Of a stretch of DNA of 64,000 nt, positions 56,119-64,000 are shown piece after piece. Location of the stretch: NCBI GenBank assembly GCA_007376145.1, contig VMFP01000003.1:92741-156740 (forward strand), written 5' to 3'. The stretch is from Parcubacteria group bacterium Gr01-1014_38 (GTDB lineage: Bacteria; Patescibacteriota; Andersenbacteria; UBA10190; CAIZMI01). How positions within the stretch are numbered: the stretch's first letter is position 1; each line of letters opens with the position of its first letter. The translations under genes were made by a program, and so were the position numbers. Under the pieces are notes generated by a model. It made no database searches. It worked only from the letters and a program-made list of their open reading frames with translations, and was not told the DNA's origin.

Positions 56119-57281
56119 TCACGAAAGACATCCAATGACTTCCTTCACGCGAGCGCTCACCGCTTCGTTCAAGGATGCGTGCTCCGGGTACAAGTAGGCT
56201 TGCACCATCCAGGCTGGCTTCAGTGGCGTCACTGGCGCGGGAATATCTGCATCCGGAGAGAGAAGCGGGAGGTCTATGCTCTTCCACGCGCGGCTTTTCC
56301 CGCAGTACACGCAGATGTCTTCCTGAGGAATCCTGAATGCTGTTGACAGGTCGTCCGGCAGGGAGCTGCGGGTCTCGAGGTTCTCAACGAACTCCCGAAG
56401 TTTTTCGCTGGGCGCGTGTGTCCGAAAGTTGAAAACCAGGGCGTAAAACTGCCATCGCATCGCCCGCTGGGCAAGCACCTGCGTACGGGGGTTGCACTGT
56501 TCCAAAAGGTACCGATACGCCTCTCCATCCGTCATCGTGAAGTAGCTCTTCGGGACTTCCCCCGCCCGCGCCGCGAAATCCAGTGCGCGATAGAGCATCA
56601 TCCCTCCCACAATATTCGGCGGCGAGTGAACGTATCGGTAGACCTTCTTTCGGCACACTGCCCACTGGTAGACTTCCGTGGAGACGGACCCATCGAGATA
56701 GAGGCGCCCGTTGTGAAGAAGATACTTGCGCGCAATGCTCTCAGGCGAGTAGGACAGTGACGTTTCACGAAGAATCCCCATGCTGTGTCCGTAGCGCAGC
56801 GTGTTGTCGAGGTTATCGATATCGATCGAGCCGTTGAGAAGGTCGCTAACGGGGATTCTTTCCCCGTGACGAAACGAAGGATGCGATCAACAGAACCGCC
56901 TTGCCTCAAGACCTCCTCCGCAAACTCTGACCCATCGATGACTTCCTCGGCAAACTCTTCATGATTTCGCTTGAGGAGACGTTTCAAGAAGTGCTCGCTG
57001 ATGTGCGAGAACGGCGGTGTTCCGAGATCGTGCGCGAGCGCCGCGAAATAGAGGTCGCGCGCAATTGCTCGAAACTCGGGGACTGTCCCCGCGATGCGTG
57101 CGAGGTGTCCGACGGCGACCGTGTGCTCGAACTTGTTCGCGCAGACACCTGTCGGTGTCAGCCAGGTCGGGACAGCGGAGAGCGAGACGCGGCGAAGCCG
57201 CGTCAGCTCTGGTGTCTGGAAAAGCCGTTCATCGTCGTGCGAACAGGAGAGTTTCCCGTACAGTCGGTCGTAGATGCGCAT
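56119..57281 (-). pseudogene. HD-domain phosphohydrolase (dNTP triphosphohydrolase-like), frameshifted
   Basis: N-half: FEH..V, HDLG.PPFSH; C-half: D.DNLDN..RY…Y..VH; one base missing near 56847. Confidence 0.82.
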
Positions 57282-57451
57282 ATAAAACTCCCAGTGAACT
57301 CTTCGGGCATTGATCCGTGGTAAAAGAACGCGTCGCTTCCTTAAGGAAGCCTCGTCAGTCTAGCAGCAGTGGTCTTTCTGCACAAACGACTTTCTTTGCT
57401 CAGCCTGGATCCAGTAAGCTTGCTGCGAGGCTATTTTTTGTTCTGTTGCTG

Positions 57452-57566
57452 GTGGAGCAAGTCGGTCTACTTTGGAATCCTCTTGTGCTCGACATACACA
57501 CGTTTTCACAGCTAGCGGAGAGTGCGAAACTTCCCGAGCAATTCGTGCGCTGAGAGATTTGGAACC
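57452..57566 (+). repeat. Cassette-boundary module, copy B
   Basis: GTGGAG…TGAGAGATTTGGAACC, encodes VEQVGLLWNPLVLDIHTFSQLAESAKLPEQFVR*. Confidence 0.8.
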
Positions 57567-57621
57567 AAGAAAAAACCGCCGCGGCCGAAGCGTTGGCGGT
57601 TACTGTCTTTTCGTGAACAAC

Positions 57622-59124
57622 TTATCGGTAGACTGTTTGTTCTCGATCAGGGCCTACGGAAATGAGTCTGACCCGAGCTTCACATTCCCTTTCTACGCAT
57701 GTGATGAGCTCTTCCAACGCAGGCGGCAACTCGGTTGACGAGATAAGCTCACTCGTTTGTGCCCGCCAACCGGTAAACCGCCGATACACTGGCTCGCAGT
57801 ACCTTAGGATGTCTGGGTCCACGATGGCACAGGTGATGTGGTCACTCGGCTGAAGGTGCGCTCCCGCCCAATAGCGCGGCGGTCCTCGATAGATATACGC
57901 CATGCAGACCTGAATCGTGTCGCATTCATCAAGCACATCGACTTTAGTCAGCGCCAGTTGTGGTCCATGGTGACGCACTGCATACCGTAGCAGTGGTAAG
58001 TCCAGCCAGCCTATACGTCGCGGTCTGCCGGTGGTGGCGCCATACTCATCACCAATGCGGCGAATAGCGACACCTTGCTGGAATGGATCATCGCTGTTGA
58101 GAGACGCGGTAGCATACAGAAGCGCTTCAGTGGTACGGTCGGCCCTTGGCTGTCCGCACCACGTAGCGGACGAAACGCCGCCCAATTCTGTGGGCAAGGG
58201 CCCTTCACCGACACGCGTCATGTAGAAGGCCTTCGTCACTCCCAGCGTGAAGTCCACTGCACCTTCCGGCAACCCGACACCTCGGGTAAGACCTCGGATG
58301 GAACAGTCAGAAGCAGTCACGTATGGATACGTTCCGTAGTCGATAGACAACAGGAGTCCCTGGGCGCCTTCAAGCAAAATCCGTTTACCTTGAGCTAGCG
58401 AAGTTCGGACCAGGTGATCGGTATCGCCGATAAAGGGTTGCAGGCGTTTCCCCCAATCTCGGTAACACTCGACAATGGCCGCGACATCCAACACAGTGTC
58501 CGGTCGATAGAAGCGACCCTGTTCGAGCAACTCATGCATCATCACCTCCTTCACCACGGCAGGATCAGAGTGACGCAGAAAAGGGAGAAGGGAGGCGACA
58601 TTCCGTTGAACCTTGGGGGCCAGTATGTCGGGGTTGAAAAGGTCGTTCACAATCAATCCATTCCGATCATAGTGGTCGCGATACGCCGGGCCGATACCAC
58701 GTTTGGTCGTGCCGATCCGATCCAGCACCCCTGGTTGGTTTTTGAGATGATCCACCAAGACATGCTGGGGGAGAACGAGTTTGGCGTTGTACGCGATGCG
58801 CAAACTGTCACAGGAGACGCCAGCCTGTGTCAGACCATCGATCTCCTGACAGGCCGTGCGCGGGTTAAGCGCTACGCCACTCCCAATCACATTCAGCTTA
58901 CCGTCTGCACGTAGAATGCCGGATGGTAGTACATGGAGTGTGTAGCGTCGGGCATTGTGATACACCGTGTGACCAGCATTGTCTCCGCCGGTGCCACGGG
59001 CGATGATGTCGGCCCACTCCGTCATCAGGTCGACCATCTTGCCTTTCCCAGTATCGCCGAACTGATTGTCGACGATCGCTACCACCCGATGATTGGAGAG
59101 GAGCGAAGCAAGCGAGTGTTTCAT
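57622..59124 (-). CDS. purA: Adenylosuccinate synthetase
   Basis: QFGDTGKGK, GG.NAGHT, IGTT.RGIGPAY, EGAQG, GTYPYVT, E.GATTGRPRR.GW, TKVD. Confidence 0.93.
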   Translation of the reverse strand: MKHSLASLLSNHRVVAIVDNQFGDTGKGKMVDLMTEWADIIARGTGGDNAGHTVYHNARRYTLHVLPSGILRADGKLNVIGSGVALNPRTACQEIDGLTQAGVSCDSLRIAYNAKLVLPQHVLVDHLKNQPGVLDRIGTTKRGIGPAYRDHYDRNGLIVNDLFNPDILAPKVQRNVASLLPFLRHSDPAVVKEVMMHELLEQGRFYRPDTVLDVAAIVECYRDWGKRLQPFIGDTDHLVRTSLAQGKRILLEGAQGLLLSIDYGTYPYVTASDCSIRGLTRGVGLPEGAVDFTLGVTKAFYMTRVGEGPLPTELGGVSSATWCGQPRADRTTEALLYATASLNSDDPFQQGVAIRRIGDEYGATTGRPRRIGWLDLPLLRYAVRHHGPQLALTKVDVLDECDTIQVCMAYIYRGPPRYWAGAHLQPSDHITCAIVDPDILRYCEPVYRRFTGWRAQTSELISSTELPPALEELITCVERECEARVRLISVGPDREQTVYR

Positions 59125-60626
59125 GTGTCACCTCGTTGGTAGTTGGGAGCTTCTTTGGTAATCACTACGTCATGAGGATGTGACTCATCTTCACCGGCTA
59201 CAGTAATCCGAATGAAGTCAGCCTTAGCCTGCAATTCAGCTACACTGGCGGCACCGACATATCCCATGCCGTTCCGTAAGCCACCAATGTACTGCGGGAG
59301 AATCTCCGCAAGCTCACCCTTGTAGGGCACCAAGCCTTCAATTCCTTCCGGAACGAAGTGCTTGCCAGTCTGCCGGTATCGTTCGCGGGAAGCGGCGTTC
59401 GCCTCCAGCGCTCCGAGCGATCCCATGCCTCGGTATCCTTTCCACTGTCGTCCTTGGTAGAACGTCACTGGTCCAGGCGCTTCCTTGGTGCCAGCCAGGA
59501 GATTACCGAGCATCACAGAATCAGCTCCGGCTGCCAGAGCAATCGGAATGTCGCCGGAATACCGGATGCCTCCATCGGCACAGACCGGTACATCATACTC
59601 GGCGGCTACCCGGGCGCAGTTGTAGACGGCTGTGACTTGAGGGCAACCAACACCAGCAATCTTGCGCGTGGTGCAAATGGACCCCGGTCCTTGACCGACT
59701 TTGATGCCATCGGCTCCGGCCTCAAGTAAACGGGCTGCACTGTCGGGTTCGGAGATGTTTCCAGCCACGACATCCAAGTGGGGAAACGCTGCTTTGATGT
59801 TTCGTAAAGTAACGAGAACCGGCTCGCTATCGCCATGTGCTGAATCAATGACGATCACGTCGACGTTCTCTTGGTGCAGCATTTCTACCCGTTGCAAGGC
59901 TTCTTCGCCCGTACCGACGGCTGCACCGACGCGTAACTGCCCGCGCGCATCCACATTATTGGTCTTGTCGAGGCCGGACAGAATCCGTTTGACGTCGGAC
60001 AGGGTGTACAAGCCAACGACGCGTCCTTCGCCGTCGACAATGGGTAACACCTTGCAGCGATGTTTCTTCATGTGCTGGTGGGCTTGCTCCAGGGTCGTTC
60101 CTTCTGGAGCATAAATCACCTGCTGCGTCATCACTTTTTCCGCGGGCAGGGAGTCATCATCACAGAGATCAAAGTCGTTACCCGTCAGCACGCCGACGAG
60201 CTTGTCATTTCCGTCGGTGACTGGAAAGCTGTGAAAGGTCCAGCCCTTTTTCTCGCGTCGAGCGAGAATCGAATGAACGGTATCCTCTGGTTTGACACAG
60301 ATCGGTCGTACGATCATGCCATTCAGGTGGTATTTCACCCGGGCCACTTCCGCAGCTTGATCCTCCGCAGAAAGACCGCGGTGGAGAATGCCGAGACCGC
60401 CCTGTTTGGCCATTGCAATAGCCAACGCATGTTCCGTCACGGTATCCATTGCTGCGCTGACCAGTGGTACCGGCAGCGGAACGGAGCGCGAAAAACGGCT
60501 CTCGACCGACACTTGATTGGGCATCACTTGGGCGTGACCCGTTCTCAAACGGACATCATCAAACGTCACAGCCAGTCCTAATGCCTCCATTCTGGCAAAG
60601 AAGGCGTCTTTTTTGGTGCTATGCAT
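59121..60626 (-). CDS. guaB: IMP dehydrogenase with CBS domains
   Basis: [41 protein letters not shown]. Confidence 0.96.
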   Translation of the reverse strand: MHSTKKDAFFARMEALGLAVTFDDVRLRTGHAQVMPNQVSVESRFSRSVPLPVPLVSAAMDTVTEHALAIAMAKQGGLGILHRGLSAEDQAAEVARVKYHLNGMIVRPICVKPEDTVHSILARREKKGWTFHSFPVTDGNDKLVGVLTGNDFDLCDDDSLPAEKVMTQQVIYAPEGTTLEQAHQHMKKHRCKVLPIVDGEGRVVGLYTLSDVKRILSGLDKTNNVDARGQLRVGAAVGTGEEALQRVEMLHQENVDVIVIDSAHGDSEPVLVTLRNIKAAFPHLDVVAGNISEPDSAARLLEAGADGIKVGQGPGSICTTRKIAGVGCPQVTAVYNCARVAAEYDVPVCADGGIRYSGDIPIALAAGADSVMLGNLLAGTKEAPGPVTFYQGRQWKGYRGMGSLGALEANAASRERYRQTGKHFVPEGIEGLVPYKGELAEILPQYIGGLRNGMGYVGAASVAELQAKADFIRITVAGEDESHPHDVVITKEAPNYQRGDT

Positions 60627-60824
60627 AGCACGCTCCTTGCTTTGAAGACCCGTTGGATTGTGAAAAAACACGCCGATCTTCTTTTTCAAGAAGAAAGGTC
60701 CTCCTCCACTACGTAAAACGCATGCGGAGCGCAAATGGATCTCCGAGAGCCCAGAAACGACGAGAGTTTGGTCTGGCTAAGAGCTTTGAAACGAAAAAAA
60801 GACCGCCGCGGCGGCCCGCGTTAA

Positions 60825-60850
60825 AAAAGTGGCCTATGTAGGCCACTTTT
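60825..60850 (-). terminator. Terminator-like hairpin abutting att-like TGGTGGAG
   Basis: AAAAGTGGCCTA-TG-TAGGCCACTTTT. Confidence 0.65.
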
Positions 60851-60852
60851 AC

Positions 60853-60940
60853 TGGTGGAGATGGTGTCTCAGGTTTAGAACCGTTTCAAGCCATTCTGGA
60901 GGCGTTCCGGGTGCTCTCTGGAAATCTTGCGGCTCGTTAG
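60853..60940 (+). repeat. att-like site / divergent module copy C
   Basis: TGGTGGAGATGG (reverse complement CCATCTCCACCA, tmRNA/tRNA-Ala-like 3' end) followed by a decayed VEMV..V(W>*)N…F..L frame. Confidence 0.5.
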
Positions 60941-61140
60941 TCACGCGGAAGTATAGTGGGAAGTCTTGGTGTGGAGCCTAGGGGTACCCCCCGCGAGGAA
61001 AATGGGGGAAGAACTATACTGGCCCTAATGTAATTCGTCCTTTCTTTTACTACCACCCCTTTATTCGGGCAGCATGGGTCCCATCCTCGGGAGCTTAGGG
61101 GGAGAAAATGCGCGAACCTTCGTGCTAGAGTGTGCCAGCC

Positions 61141-62037
61141 ATGAGCGAAACAGAGGTTCTAGAGAACGTTAGGAAAATTCTTGATGTCATTCTCGAACTC
61201 GGCGTGCGACAGCAGGCGGCGTACAAGTCCCTGCATTTGAAAGGCAGTGGGCTTTATGTTCCGAAAGTAATCCATGAAGGATGGGTGTTGAAGAAGCCGA
61301 AAGTACATCAGCACCTCCTTCTTGAGGCATTCTGGGACGCCTATGCAGAAGTGGCGGCTAGCATCGAGCGCCCGATTGTGAGCTTTGCCATTCGCCCGCT
61401 TCTTGAACTTTCGTTTGGCAAAGCAATTTTCTTTGGAGAACTGAAGAATGAGAAGGAGCGGGAGGAAAAGGCGCTCAAATACCATTTGCTCGGCCTGGCT
61501 TTCTCTATACCCCACAGTGACGATTCTTCGTTGCGTGCACAATATAAAGCTTTGCTTCCATTTCTTTCACCACAGGATCGTCATGTCTATGAACAAATAC
61601 GGGAAAAGGGGTTCCCACCGGATGAAGTGTCGGATCGCCTTTACCGTTTGTATCCTTCAGTGAGAAGCGAAAGGGTTATAAGCATGGTGAAGAAATACTG
61701 GCTCAATATCTACGGAAGGCCGATAGATGAGGAAGCCATCGCCGGAGTCTTCCGCATATACTCCGGGTTTGTGCATCCGTATGTTTACCATCTCACCAGT
61801 CTGGAGGAACAAGCGAAGCACAAAATGCATCTCTTCCGGTCCGCCTCACTCTTATTTCTCCTCGGCATATCAACCGTCATCTTCGCGAATACCCTCACGC
61901 ACAACGCTGTCACGGCAGAGGAGATCGCGAATATTCGTGCGGAGGTCCAATCCCTATTTCCTTCCTTACTTCAATATACTGCGCGTGGTCATAGGCAAAG
62001 AGCCGCAAAATCAGCATCATCGGAACACGCCGAATAA
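61141..62037 (+). CDS. Hypothetical helical protein (island gene)
   Basis: Lower-GC ORF; R..LE and S.FVH motifs loosely recall HEPN-like folds. Confidence 0.7.
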   Translation: MSETEVLENVRKILDVILELGVRQQAAYKSLHLKGSGLYVPKVIHEGWVLKKPKVHQHLLLEAFWDAYAEVAASIERPIVSFAIRPLLELSFGKAIFFGELKNEKEREEKALKYHLLGLAFSIPHSDDSSLRAQYKALLPFLSPQDRHVYEQIREKGFPPDEVSDRLYRLYPSVRSERVISMVKKYWLNIYGRPIDEEAIAGVFRIYSGFVHPYVYHLTSLEEQAKHKMHLFRSASLLFLLGISTVIFANTLTHNAVTAEEIANIRAEVQSLFPSLLQYTARGHRQRAAKSASSEHAE

Positions 62038-62238
62038 CTCCCCAAGCGATACGTTGAGTGCTTTCGCAATGCGCTCGATGTTCAGGATGGAGATGTTCTG
62101 CTCGCCACGTTCTACCGCACCGATGTACGTACGGTGAATCTCCGCACGGTAGCCGAGTGTCTCTTGAGACAGCCCGCGTTGCTCTCGCAGTGTGCGGATA
62201 CGTTGCCCCAGCCGCGCTCGAACATCCCTGCTTGCCAT
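62017..62238 (-). CDS. XRE family HTH transcriptional regulator
   Basis: G.RIR.LR…GLSQE.L…HRTYI..VERGE.N.S. Confidence 0.92.
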   Translation of the reverse strand: MASRDVRARLGQRIRTLREQRGLSQETLGYRAEIHRTYIGAVERGEQNISILNIERIAKALNVSLGELFGVFR

Positions 62239-62329
62239 GCGCCAAACGTGAGGCACATGCAGACAATGGTTCTACAGTCAATAACTAGCGTTTTCTCTCC
62301 CTTGATGTATGCTCTTCTCTGAAGAGACC

Positions 62330-63043
62330 ATGTTTCGCGCCCCGCTTCCCGTGGTGATCGTCTTAGGCGGCGTCCTCGTCGCGACAGGAGTACTGTTCGC
62401 GGGACGCCAGAATCAGCTTCTCCCCAAACCATCGCCGGTTCAGGAACAAGGGATTCCGTTTGTCGCTCCGAGCTCCGCTTTGTACGACGGTCCTCTTCTG
62501 CAACCGACGCCGGAGCCAGCGGTGCGAGCAGCTAGCGGAGAGAAGGACCCCATCGTGGATTGTCAATTCCCACACAGCGGTCCAATCCCGATGCGCGAAA
62601 GCAAGTGCGCGAAAATGACCGATTGTGAAGTAGAGTCGGGGAAGTGGCAGGCGGTGTGGGTGACGGATTGCGAGAGGCTGTACGGGAAGCTGGCCGCGCC
62701 TTCCGCCACGCCGGAGCGGAAAAGGGTGTTGTTTCATGTGACAGAAGCGCACACAAGCGGAATTCACTCCTGCTACGAGGATCGGGTAAATGAACTGACG
62801 AGATTCGAGAGCCGTCTCAAAACGCAGCAGCCGATTATTGGTACGTGCATGTTTGATGCGGACATGGAAGCGAAACGGTGTACTGAATCGAACAGGTGTG
62901 CCTTCTCCCCGACGGTGGACGACGTGGCTTCCTGTATCAAGCAATGTTATGAGAAGGCTCAAGCCGGATGCTTGGCAAAGGCCTCCGAATTCGGTAAAGA
63001 GAGGGAGAAATATACCAAGCTAGTTTACGAGGTTTGCCCGTAG
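62330..63043 (+). CDS. Membrane-anchored Cys-rich hypothetical protein
   Basis: N-terminal TM; DP.V.C…C…DC motif; many Cys. Confidence 0.7.
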   Translation: MFRAPLPVVIVLGGVLVATGVLFAGRQNQLLPKPSPVQEQGIPFVAPSSALYDGPLLQPTPEPAVRAASGEKDPIVDCQFPHSGPIPMRESKCAKMTDCEVESGKWQAVWVTDCERLYGKLAAPSATPERKRVLFHVTEAHTSGIHSCYEDRVNELTRFESRLKTQQPIIGTCMFDADMEAKRCTESNRCAFSPTVDDVASCIKQCYEKAQAGCLAKASEFGKEREKYTKLVYEVCP

Positions 63044-63049
63044 GGAGGA

Positions 63050-63370
63050 GTGAATTTTCTTCGCATGAACCACGGCGACCACGATTGGAATGCCGTTCAC
63101 GCAGAACGCCAAAGGGCTGCAGCAACGTTCTTGCTCAGCGTTGCGATAATTCTGCTACTCCTCCTTTTGTGGACGCAGCGGTTTCAGTATGCGCACCAGC
63201 CGGAGCACTCATTTACGAGGATTGATACCTGGACAGGAAGAGGGTGCCTTATTGACCCGCACTTCATACCAACCACGGTTACCGAAGGGTACGCCCTTGG
63301 CAGCGGTCTGGATGAAGATGACCCGAGAGTGAACTTCCGCCGTGCTCCGTGCCTCTACCTGAAGCGGTAG
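63050..63370 (+). CDS. Small membrane-anchored hypothetical protein
   Basis: GGGAGG SD, TM helix, RF.Y…RID.WTG motif. Confidence 0.6.
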   Translation: MNFLRMNHGDHDWNAVHAERQRAAATFLLSVAIILLLLLLWTQRFQYAHQPEHSFTRIDTWTGRGCLIDPHFIPTTVTEGYALGSGLDEDDPRVNFRRAPCLYLKR

Positions 63371-63432
63371 AAGAATAGAAGGGCGAAACCTAGTTCACTA
63401 CCTGGCGTTCCACCGGGTATGGTGGGTCTTGC

Positions 63433-63834
63433 ATGAAACCTCCGAAGGTAACTCTGCCCCATCCCGCAAAAGTCGCAGCCTCTCACGCGCTGCGCGACTT
63501 AGATTTTACCGTCGTCCAGATCGCCACAGCTCTCGGATTCAGCGAGCGGAGCACCGCCCGGTACCTGAAGGAGCCGACGCCGGAGGAATGGCAGTCTTTT
63601 GCCTCCCAAATAAAAAAGCTCGTCCTTCTCAAGGAGGAGGAAATCGCGGCGAAGACCCTCGGCCTCATCGAAGAGAAACTTCCCAAGGCAAGCTTCTACC
63701 AGCTTGTCGGCTTGTACAAAACCATTCGGGACGGGCAGCGTGCTGGTCCCGGGCAGGGGCTCGCCATCCAGCAGGTCGGCGGAGACTTGAAAGTGGAGTT
63801 CGTCAGGCGGACGGAACCCGGCAGCCAAAGCTGA
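63433..63834 (+). CDS. HTH protein resembling a phage terminase small subunit
   Basis: N-terminal HTH (QIATALG.SERS..RY), central helices, C-terminal beta strand (LKVEFVR). Confidence 0.5.
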   Translation: MKPPKVTLPHPAKVAASHALRDLDFTVVQIATALGFSERSTARYLKEPTPEEWQSFASQIKKLVLLKEEEIAAKTLGLIEEKLPKASFYQLVGLYKTIRDGQRAGPGQGLAIQQVGGDLKVEFVRRTEPGSQS

Positions 63835-64000
63835 CGCAGCGCCTCAAAAGAGGAAGGGGACGTTCGCGTATAGCACCGAAGGAAGAGCGCACCCGGCACC
63901 CCCCTCGCCAGAAATGTCCGGGGAGTAAGTAGCCGAGGAAATATCACCGACCTTCTTCCAAGAAGAGGGTCTCCTCTTTCGGAGGGGAAAGGGTTCCAAT

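Noticed and set aside
54819-57566. CRISPR array or classical integron attC sites
   Set aside because: Repeats are ~115 bp, diverged, kilobases apart, not palindromic and conserved at peptide level. No cas or intI gene is visible.
57622-59124. PurZ (2-aminoadenine/Z-genome pathway), suggested by QFGDTGKG and neighbouring HD and NUDIX hydrolases
   Set aside because: The catalytic Asp is retained (PurZ has Ser, GSTGKG) and the GTP-type TKxD motif is present. Coupling to guaB fits ordinary PurA.
60630-60820. Purine riboswitch upstream of guaB-purA
   Set aside because: The conserved purine-riboswitch core sequences were not recognisable by eye; an Rfam/Infernal scan would be needed.

Overview
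GC-rich chromosomal segment, most likely from a Patescibacteria/CPR (Parcubacteria-like) bacterium. This is inferred from gene content, an EF-P lacking the PGKG loop, TAnnnT boxes 6-9 nt upstream of start codons and scattered short palindromic repeats. The backbone carries a sortase with Ig-rich surface proteins, GH130/GT4 glycan genes, efp, a full Rrf2-sufBDSUC operon, mutY, pepA, znuCB, a ferredoxin/FNR/nth/NDH-2 cluster, purB, rplT-rpmI-infC, htrA and dinB. Lower-GC accessory blocks are a type II R-M island (32.3-35.5 kb) and a 54-61 kb array of nucleotide-metabolism and TA cassettes separated by a repeated ~115-bp peptide-coding, att-like module. A prophage-like edge follows. The most striking structure is at 47826-48047: a tRNA-Arg(CCG) gene interrupted by two copies of a short hairpin element, one of which carries a second complete, divergent tRNA-Arg(CCG) between its arms. 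Related '4-nt leader + GC hairpin' mini-elements are also inserted in frame in protein-coding genes. No rRNA, CRISPR array, transposase or integrase was recognised.
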